Source: Octopus sinensis (Eukaryota). Taken from it: a DNA stretch of 42,099 bases. The translations under genes and the position numbers were made by a program. Numbering within the stretch: the stretch's first letter is position 1; every line of letters starts with the position of its first letter. Of the stretch, positions 33,879 to 42,099 are shown piece by piece. Under the pieces are notes generated by a model that saw only the letters and a list, made by a program, of their open reading frames with translations, was not told the DNA's origin and searched no databases. The stretch covers positions 1-42,099 of the forward strand of contig NW_021835163.1 of NCBI RefSeq assembly GCF_006345805.1. The letters run 5' to 3'.

Positions 33879-34287
33879 AGAAATGGAGAGACAAGGAGAA
33901 GCGGGAGAGAAACTGAAGAGATAGGGAGAGAAGGAAGAAATATAGAGAGAATTTATATATTTGAAAGAGGGGAGTAAGATAGAATGAGAGCTATGAAGAG
34001 ACAGGAGAGCGTGAGTAAGAGAAACTGAAAGACAGACAGAGAGAGAGAGAGAGAGGGGAGAATTCTAAGCGAAGCTATTTGTACAACACACACCACTCGT
34101 ATACATACATACACATACACAACATATACACATGTGTGCACACGCACATATATAAACAGTAGTACCAAGTGAGTATATAAAGAAACAATAATAATAATAA
34201 TGAAATAGCTGAAAGAAAACAATCCAAGAGATTTTACAGAAATTAAGCAAGAAAAAGAGAAAAGAAAATATGTATTTGTCGCTACAG

Positions 34288-34430
34288 ACAATGTATTCTA
34301 AAATAAAAACTAATTGCGACTATACTTTTAACACACGCATATACATACACATAGAGATTTTAAAACAATGTCTTCTAAAAATAATTGTGGCTATACTTCT
34401 AACACACACATATACATACACATAGATATA
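34288..34430. repeat. ~77-bp diverged tandem duplication
   Basis: ACAATGT.TTCTAAAA...CTATACTT.TAACACAC.CATATACATACACATAGA repeated at 34288 and 34365. Confidence 0.75.
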
Positions 34431-34499
34431 TTATTATTTTCTGTTTGAAAGAACACTAATGATAACAAAATAAGTAATTTTTTTTTTTTTTTTTTCCTT

Positions 34500-35014
34500 A
34501 CCTTACCGGCTGAGAGAGAGTACTTACGCGATTCCTTTTTATGAGAAAGGAAGATAGATAGACAAAATAGATAGACAAGACAGACCTTTTATTCTCCAAG
34601 CGCTTTGTAAACAAAAGGGATTTGAGTTTCGATTTAGCACGTGCAACAGTTTGTATTTCCCTAAGCGATTGGTATTAAGCAGCAATTTTTCAGAGGCTTT
34701 TTTCAGAACACCGCAGATTACATCAAAACGAAATATCCTGTGTCTTGTTGATTCACAGACGAAGAATAAAATTCACTTCGATTTCGGGAAGTAACACACG
34801 TGCGTTTTAACACGTGTATTCGCGAGTATGTTCTAGTTGCAAAACACTATATCAAAAGCGAAAATATTCTTCTCAAATACAGTGACTTGTTGTACTTTCA
34901 CTTATATTCGCTTTGCAGACAATTTCGCTTCTGATAACATCGATCTCCGGAAGGACTTCCTTAATGTTTAGGAGAGAGACGTTAACACACTTGTTGTTAG
35001 TTCAGCGCCATCTT
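34500..35014 (-). promoter_or_regulatory. Candidate host promoter / non-coding first exon
   Basis: Unique, CpG-retaining sequence; YY1-like CGCCATCTT (35006-35014), three CACGTG E-boxes (34638, 34797, 34811), minus-strand donors GC|GTAAGT (34527) and CG|GTAAGG (34506). Confidence 0.3.
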
Positions 35015-35087
35015 TATATTATGCGTGTATATACATATACATATGTATATATATATTATATATATATATAATATATATATATATATA

Positions 35088-35135
35088 AAGGGAAAGTTTA
35101 CAAAAATAAACAAAACGAAGGCAGGTGGAGTACAA
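35088..35135 (-). mobile_element. Extreme 3' end of the PLE family at 21467-25089
   Basis: Reverse complement ATTGTTTGTACTCCACCTGCCTTCGTTTTGTTTATTTTTGTAAACTTTCCCTTTA matches 25001-25089; embedded in (TA)n. Confidence 0.8.
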
Positions 35136-35137
35136 AC

Positions 35138-35189
<52 letters not shown>

Positions 35190-35191
35190 TA

Positions 35192-35269
<78 letters not shown>

Positions 35270-35279
35270 TAAAAAATGA

Positions 35280-35850
35280 AGTTCGAAAATGCTGCTATAT
35301 TATACAATTTTTAATTTTTATATATACATTACAACATGTTTCAGTTCCTGAAATGAACCTTATCAAAAAAAGTTATATAAAAAAAAGACAGCTCATGCCG
35401 TCAAACACAAGAAATTCATTTATAATACACAACGGAGTCAGACATCTTAGAGTTCATGTATAGTTGATATATAGTTTGAAGTAAGTTCATTCATGCTATA
35501 TGTTCAAAGTGTTCGATGCAGTGGCCCACGGTGGCGATACGTATTCAATACAAAAAACAGATCAAAGTGGTGGAAAGCAGTCAATACAGAAGATTGATGT
35601 TTCCGAAAGAGCGAGGAATTCATTTTTACCTTAAGCAATTGTGATGACCCATGGTGGGTGTTCGCTGGGTGGTTCTAGTGAGTCTTGTGAAGTGCTCAGT
35701 TTTATAATGCCTGTTAGGTGGTCAGTCCAGCGTAGCGTGACGTCATCAATGTTTTGACCAATCGTTTCGTTAGGTGGCTTTAGTCAAGCAGAACGGGACG
35801 TCATCATCATTTTGACCAATCGCTGCATTATAACTGCCTCTTGTCTGTTT
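35280..35850 (-). mobile_element. Probable PLE pLTR-derived solo element with promoter motifs and a degenerate hammerhead
   Basis: 58-bp duplicated CCAAT + CRE-like unit, TATAAAA at 35706-35700, hammerhead-like TTGATAA-GGTTC ATTTCAG GAACT-GAAAC-ATGTT at 35366-35333; bounded by (TA)n on both sides. Confidence 0.5.
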
Positions 35851-35852
35851 CC

Positions 35853-35939
<87 letters not shown>

Positions 35940-35940
35940 C

Positions 35941-35979
<39 letters not shown>

Positions 35980-35989
35980 ACCTTTACAT

Positions 35990-36200
35990 ATATAAATAAC
36001 GTGAAATACACGAAGGGACGAACATAAAAGACAGACGGGTCATTCAAAGCCTTCGTTCTTCAGTCAGAAGCCGATTCATCATCGCAGATTTCGGCTGTTT
36101 AATTCTGAGATCTGCTCTGAATCGGCCAGCCCCAGAAGGAAAGAATGCAACGCAACAGAGACGAACATGAAACGAAAAAAACTTTTTTGAAGACAGTAAC
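35990..36200 (-). mobile_element. Fragment related to the 28289-28550 palindrome arms (PLE-like)
   Basis: Reverse complement AAACAGCCGAAATCTGCGATGATGAATCGGCTTCTGACTGAAGAACGAAGGCTTTGAATGACCCGTC aligns to AATCAGCCGAAATTACTACGATGATCCGGTTCTTGACTGAAGACTGAGGGGTTCGAATGTCCTGTC. Confidence 0.6.
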
Positions 36201-36305
36201 GGTTAAAAACAAGGATCACACAGGCGCCCTACGGCTTTGAGACAAAAGGAGACACAAAAACAATTTATCAGCAAGCATACATATGCATATATAGAGAGAG
36301 AGATA

Positions 36306-37020
36306 CTAGCATTAAAGACCCGTCGTTGCCGGGTCATAGTGTTAGTGCATGTATATATGTGTATATATGTGTGTACATATAACATATACATCTACACATA
36401 AAATGCAAAATACAAAGTTATATCTTGATATCGCTAGTGATAACAATACTCAAAATATATAACAGACTGGAATTGTTAGCTCTTCTTTTTTCTCTACATT
36501 GTATACTTTATAGACAATAGTCTTTTCTTTAATTTAATTTTTTATTATCCTTCTGGACCATTCCATTTCTGCACGCTAATTTTATTTTTTATTTATTCCC
36601 ATTCATGTGAAACCACTGATTCAAGTTCAAATCATGATGCAATTTTATACCAAGTGCTATTTTTCTTTTTGTATGTTACGATTATATTATACTTTAGTTT
36701 GATTTTAATTATTACTTACTACATATAATTCAATTATTATTATTATTTTTATTGTTAAAGTGAAAGCATCTGACATAAAATAGAGAAATATTTTTGTTTC
36801 ACTTTTAACACGTAATACTGAAATAGTGGAGAAGATATGATATTGCTATGGGTTCGCTCTAGGCAAGAAGTTGAACATTTTATTTTGCCCATGAAACTAC
36901 ATGGACCCTAAGTAAGGCGTAAAATGTGAATCAAATTGGTTGTGTAGTACTCAAGTTTTAGGGAAACACACAGACAGACAGACAGACACACACACATTCT
37001 CAGTTTTATATATATAAAGA
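36306..37020 (-). mobile_element. Non-autonomous Helitron (Lep1-like architecture), 715 bp
   Basis: 5' TC at 37020-37019 preceded by A; 3' CTAG at 36309-36306 followed by T; subterminal hairpin GACCCG-TCGTTGC-CGGGTC (36317-36335); (GACA)n near the 5' end. Confidence 0.85.
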
Positions 37021-37103
37021 TATGATATATATGTATAATATATATATATCTATGCTGTATTATATATTATATATATATATTATATATATATATATATATA
37101 TCA

Positions 37104-37139
<36 letters not shown>

Positions 37140-37605
37140 TGTATGTATGTATGTATGTATACACACACACACTCGTATTACGCAAGCCATTCGCTAACAC
37201 GTGGCGTGATATACCTTACAACGGACTTTGATGTTACAAAACAACTTGTCCCAAACGAGGCCAAGGTAAGAAGAGAAAAGAATTTTAAAAGCCGCCGCCG
37301 AGATCTCACCTGCTGCGACTCTGATACCAGACGTTTCTTATCTGGAATAAACTGGTACTTAAACGATAGAAGCCAACAGAGATATTCTAGAGCTGAGAAA
37401 CCAGAAACCACTTTCCGAAGAACCCCACATAGCTAAGTTCCACCCACAGTTTAATACGTTGAGAAAGTAGTTATTGATTTTGTACTGAAAAGCAAAAATC
37501 GGGAAAATACGAGAAAACATTGCGCCGACGATAATGAGAAAAGCGATATAGAATGTATGAAGTGTATATATATATGTGTGTGTGTGTATTTATATATATA
37601 TTTAT

Positions 37606-37685
<80 letters not shown>

Positions 37686-37838
37686 TGTATGTATGTATGT
37701 ATATGCATATCTAGGTATGTAGATACAGTATGTAGTGTAAGTATATGTACGTATGTAAATATAGTATACATATTTTATGTATATACACATACACTTATAT
37801 ATACATGTATATATATATGTATATTATATATATATATA

Positions 37839-37883
<45 letters not shown>

Positions 37884-38253
37884 TATACAGAGGCGGCAGG
37901 AACGGAAAGAACGGTGGAAGGAGTGGAATGTCTTAAAGATTAGACACTAAAATTGACAGGTTGCGATGGAAATCGGGTGGAACGTGCGGGTCTGGGTAGT
38001 TAGCCTATGCGACTCCCCAACATCCCCCTCCATACAGCAGCAGCAGCGCCGTCCTGTTAATATGAGTAGTACTCCAATATCGGTCATATTTCAGCTATGT
38101 TATAACCGTTTTAAGAGAGAACATATCGTTCTAACTACCGAGGTATCTCTAGTTCCATTGAGTTTGGTTTTATTCTGAAGTCGGTTCACACCCTGAACTA
38201 CACCACACAGAGTCTGTGATTTATTTGTCAGGTTCTTGTGTGTGCTTGTATTA

Positions 38254-38299
<46 letters not shown>

Positions 38300-38319
38300 G
38301 TATGTATGTATATATAAGA

Positions 38320-38621
38320 GAGACTTGGGTAAGGTTGGTACAATGCGAAAAGAAACAAAAAGAAAATAAAGCAAAGTAGTAGTTTTAGCTTGTATTTCTA
38401 TATTTCGGGGATATGACCCCTTCTTCAGGACATGTGGAAAAAGCGAGGGATGGAAAAAGCCGTTGCTCAGATGTGTGGGGGAGAACAGTGATATGTGCAG
38501 GCTGATGTTGCTATAATAACCCGTCTGCTTTGTGTAGTTCTTTTTTGTTGTTTATAGCTGGTCTCAGTTTGTTTATAAGGAGGACCTCTATGATTCTTTG
38601 ATTGCCTCTGTTGCGTTGAGT
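38320..38621 (-). mobile_element. 5'-truncated PLE: GIY-YIG C-terminus plus 3' hammerhead
   Basis: Reads QRIIEVLLINKLRPAINN (GIY-YIG E...N motif), followed by a hammerhead and a (TG)n flank. Confidence 0.7.
38394..38433 (-). ncRNA. Minimal type I hammerhead ribozyme
   Basis: ATGTC-CTGAAGA-A-GGGG TCATAT CCCC-GAAAT-ATA-GAAAT; intact core, perfect 4-bp stem II, palindromic ATAT stem III, stem I 4/5. Confidence 0.75.
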
Positions 38622-39400
38622 GACATGGTCTGGATTGTAGGGAGGATGAGGGATAGCTTTGATGCCCATCTCTGTCAAGTAATTGGTTACCAGGACGGAA
38701 TTGTGGACTGGTGCATTGTCCTGGTGCATGTCCCGCCGACCTGTGTGCAAGACCTCTGACCTTTTGCGACGAAACCTCTTCCTGAATGCCCTCAAAGCCT
38801 CCACAAAGTTCTCTTTGTTGACCGTTGGGTCAGAAGGAACCCAGTGGAAGTAGATGATGCGCTTGCTGTTGAAAAAGGGGCTCATCATAACCTTTGCCTG
38901 GCCTTCTTGGGTCTGGGGGATCCATTAGGGAGTCTGTCTCTTGGTCTCCAGATCATAACTGTAGGTTCAGCTTTCATCACAGGTCACCAGAGACACAAAT
39001 ATTCTTGTATTGGAGGCAATAAGGTCAACCACCTCCCTGCTATCACCAACGCGCCTTTCCTTTTGTTCGTCAATGAGCAACAACCTGTGAACAAACTTTG
39101 CGTAAATTTTGCGCATATTCAGATCTTCATGAATAATTCTACATGCAGTTGATGCACTCGCTTCAAACTGTTTGATAGCAAAAAACTCGACTCGTACAAA
39201 TTAATCTACGACCAGTCTGGAGCATTTATTTTCTGTAGCGTTTTTGCCGACTTTAACACAAAGCTTCATTGCATAGCCAGCTGCCAAATTGTCGTAACGT
39301 CTTAACTGCATTCTGCAAACTCGTCAGCTGTGGCAAGCAGTGTAGGATGGGATCAAAATGTTGTTATGGCCGTCTCCTTCAATCTGGAATAACTAAAGGT
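38622..39400 (-). pseudogene. Mariner (DD34D) transposase relic, 3'-truncated
   Basis: NMRKIYAKFVHRLL, LVTCDES*TYSYDLETKRQ, HQDNAPVH, IPHPPYNPD (HPPYSPDL motif); multiple stops; no clear TIR. Confidence 0.88.
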
Positions 39401-39503
39401 GGCAGGTCAGCTTATTAGTAATGATATTCGTAAAATTACAATAGCCTCTAGGACAATTATAACTGTCTCTCCTAAAAATAATTCCCAAACTTATATATAT
39501 ATA

Positions 39504-39888
39504 CTAGCAGTATCGCCCGGCGTTGCTCGGGTTTGTAAGGGAAATAACTATAAAGCATTTTTAGAGAGTTATAGCCAAAAAATGGCAAAAAAATGGGAAA
39601 AAAAAATGATGGTAAATTTTTTTGAGAGTTAAAAAGGTGGAGTTGCGTCCCTTAGACAGTCTGTGGTTTGTGTTTCTGATTCTCGACCCCATGTCGAATT
39701 TATCGATTTTTTTCAGAACTGGGGGAAGTTTTCAAAATTTTCGCTGCGTTAGTTTTGAATTATGACATTGGTCTATGTGTGTGTCAAGTTTCATCAGAAT
39801 CGGTTGAAAGCCGTGGTCAGGGTGAGGGTACAACCTAACAGACACACAGAAACACACACAGACAAACTGCCGTTTATATAGAGAGAGA
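39504..39888 (-). mobile_element. Non-autonomous Helitron (Lep1-like architecture), 385 bp
   Basis: 5' TC at 39888-39887 after A; 3' CTAG at 39507-39504 before T; hairpin CCCG-GCGTTGCT-CGGG about 10 nt from the end. Confidence 0.85.
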
Positions 39889-39897
39889 TACATACTA

Positions 39898-39936
<39 letters not shown>

Positions 39937-39939
<3 letters not shown>

Positions 39940-40354
39940 TTACTCTTTACTCTTTTACTTGTTTCAGTCATTTGACTGCGGCCATGCTGGAGCACCGCCT
40001 TTAGTCGAGCAAATCGACCCCGGGACTTATTCTTTGTAAGCCCAGTACTTATTCTATCGGTCTCTTTTGCCGAACCGCTAAGTGACGGGGACGTAAACAC
40101 ACCAGCATCGGTTGTCAAGCAATGCTAAGAGGACAAACACAGACACAAACATACACACACATACACACATAAATATATATATACATATATACGACAGGCT
40201 TCTTTCAGTTTCCGTCTACCAAATCTACTCACAAGGCATTGGTCGGCCCGGGGCTATAGCAGAAGACACTTGCCCAAGATGTCACGCAGTGGGACTGAAC
40301 CCGGAACCATGTGGCTGGTTAGCAAGCTACTTACCACACAGCCACTCCTGCGCC
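39937..40354 (-). mobile_element. SINE family A, full length (~420 bp)
   Basis: GGCGCAGGAGTGGCTGTGTGG (A box), GGTTCAGTCCC (B box), CTTGGGCAAGTGTCTT, internal TA/TG microsatellite, tail GGCGGTGCTCCAGCATGGCCGCAGTCAAATGACTGAAACAAGTAAAAGAGTA. Confidence 0.93.
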
Positions 40355-40364
40355 GATATATATA

Positions 40365-40406
<42 letters not shown>

Positions 40407-40411
<5 letters not shown>

Positions 40412-40620
40412 TGTGTCTGAGTTTGTCCCCCTAGCATTGCTTGACAACCGATGCTGGTGTGTTTACGTCCCCGTCAACTAGCGGTTCGGCAAATGAGACC
40501 GATAGAATAAGTACTGGGCTTACAAAGAATAAGTCCCGGGGTCGATTTGCTTGACTAAAAGGCGGTGCTCCAGCATGGCCGCAGTCAAATGACTGAAACA
40601 AGTAAAAGAGTAAAAGAGTA
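40407..40620 (+). mobile_element. SINE family A, 3' half
   Basis: Body and tail are near-identical to 39937-40140 in inverted orientation. Confidence 0.92.
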
Positions 40621-40632
40621 ATATATATATAT

Positions 40633-40800
40633 ATAGGCACAGATTGGTTGTGTGGTAAGAAGCTTGCTCCACAATCGCATGGTTCCGCACTGCGTGGCAC
40701 GTTGGGCATGTGTCTTCTACTGTAGCCTCGGGCCGACCAAAGCCTTGTGAGTGAACCTGGTAACCGGAAACTGAAAGAAGCCCGTCGTATATGTATGTGT
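40633..40800 (+). mobile_element. SINE family A, 5' half
   Basis: GGTTGTGTGGTAAGAAGCTTGCT...GGGCCGACCAAAGCCTTGTGAG...GGAAACTGAAAGAAGCCCGTCG. Confidence 0.85.
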
Positions 40801-41034
40801 GCGCGTGCGCGTGTACATATGTATATGTAGGTTTATGTATATATATATATATAGTAACTTGTTTTTAACAGTCGAACTCGAAGTAATTAAAGCTATAAAC
40901 TATAGCATGATATACTTTCTAGTTTTATTTACTTCGAATTATACAGTTAAAAGCGGTTTATTCCATATCGCTCGAAGTTTCTAAATTATTATGACGTAAA
41001 CAATATCTGTTTGTTTACGCGTGTATAACTGTAG

Positions 41035-41182
41035 ACATCTATCTATCTATCCATCCATCCCTCTGTCTATCTAGCTATCTATCTATCTATATCTATCTAT
41101 CTATCCATCCATCTCTCTGTCTATCTAGCTATCTATCCCTCTGTTTATCTATCTATCTAGCTAGCTAGCTAGCTATTTATCC

Positions 41183-41236
<54 letters not shown>

Positions 41237-41260
41237 AGATATATATCTATCGATCTATCT
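41035..41260. repeat. Degenerate (TCTA)n microsatellite
   Basis: Directly visible; same motif as the Tx1 flanks, with no element inside. Confidence 0.92.
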
Positions 41261-42009
41261 CTGTATATACACACACAAACAAACACACACATACAAACAC
41301 ACACACACGAACACACGCACGCACACACAAACAGCCACTCATACACACAATATGTCTATCCATTTGCCTGTCAGCACAGTTACCTACAAAGTCTTTGTGA
41401 CATTCCTGCAACTACCTTAATCTTGACATTTTTAGACAAATTTCACAGACTTCCGATTTGTCTAAGGTATTTACCAATTCGATATAGTGCCAGACGGATC
41501 CTCCATTGCTCCACATCTCTCAGCCATCTGATCTTTCAGTCACACGGCTCCTTAATGATTTTCACTCTCTCTCCCTCCATCCGCTTCTTCTTTCTTCGTC
41601 TCCTCCTCCTCCTTCTCTCCCTTCTCCCCCTCCTTCTTCTGCGTCTACTACTGCTGCTGCAGCTGCTGCTTCTTTTTTTCAATTCTTCTGATTCTATTGT
41701 TTCTTCTTACTCCTCCTCCTCCTCCTCACTCACCCTTTTCTGTTCTCTTTCCTTACTCTCCCACCCTCCTTATTCGTTCCTTTCTCTCTACTCTTTCCCC
41801 TCTCTTTAATCCTTTTCTATGCTCACTCTCTTCTCTCTCTCTCTCACTTCTCCTCACTCTCCCATTCTCTCTTTACTCTCATTCTTCAAATATTTTTCTC
41901 TCGCCACAATTCCTCAGATTCTCTTCGAAGCTCAACACCTTTCAACTTCATCTTTGCACTCCACAAACATTCAGTTTCAAAGGTCGTTTTCATGTTGCTG
42001 TTGTCGTTA

Positions 42010-42032
42010 TTCTTCTTTCTTTCTTCTTCTTC

Positions 42033-42064
<32 letters not shown>

Positions 42065-42099
42065 CTTCTTCTTCTTCTTCTTCTTCTTCTTCTTCTTCT
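42010..42099. repeat. (TTC)n running off the window end
   Basis: Directly visible. Confidence 0.95.

Noticed and set aside
33621-33977. 118-aa Glu/Arg-rich ORF with a 48-aa repeat
   Set aside because: A product of the GA-rich 144-bp duplication, antisense to the LINE; no coding evidence.
37180-37470. Exon candidate with AAG|GTAAGA donor at ~37266
   Set aside because: No acceptor or recognisable peptide.
40201-40354. tRNA gene
   Set aside because: A/B boxes are present but there is no cloverleaf, and the sequence continues into the SINE body; these are SINE heads.
40868-40945. CAGTCGAACTCG start with a short inverted repeat, like a pogo-type MITE end
   Set aside because: No matching second TIR or TA duplication found.

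Overview
Repeat-dense eukaryotic non-coding DNA (intronic or intergenic). No intact host protein-coding exon can be supported. The extreme TA/TG/AAT microsatellite load and the SINE families point to an octopus/coleoid cephalopod genome (my recognition, not verified). The window holds three long but decayed non-LTR retroelements: a full-length Tx1-like (L1 clade) LINE on the minus strand sitting inside a (GATA)n microsatellite (13423-18987), a Neptune-like Penelope element (PLE) with RT, GIY-YIG and a 3' hammerhead ribozyme (~21467-25089), and a CR1-group LINE (~29472-33460, minus). It also has two tRNA-derived SINE families, several hammerhead-bearing PLE fragments, two non-autonomous Helitrons, a mariner relic, a hAT MITE, an older Tx1 relic and an RTE-like 3' fragment. 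The most striking unexplained structures are: (1) two nested long-range complementary helices that bracket Tx1 ORF2 exactly, pairing its AUG with its stop-codon region and a perfect splice donor with the 3' UTR; (2) a LINE 3' tail shared with a resident SINE family, with compensatory stem changes; (3) two perfect fold-back palindromes with 115 and 127 bp arms embedded in microsatellites. Most of the ORF track is microsatellite artefact.
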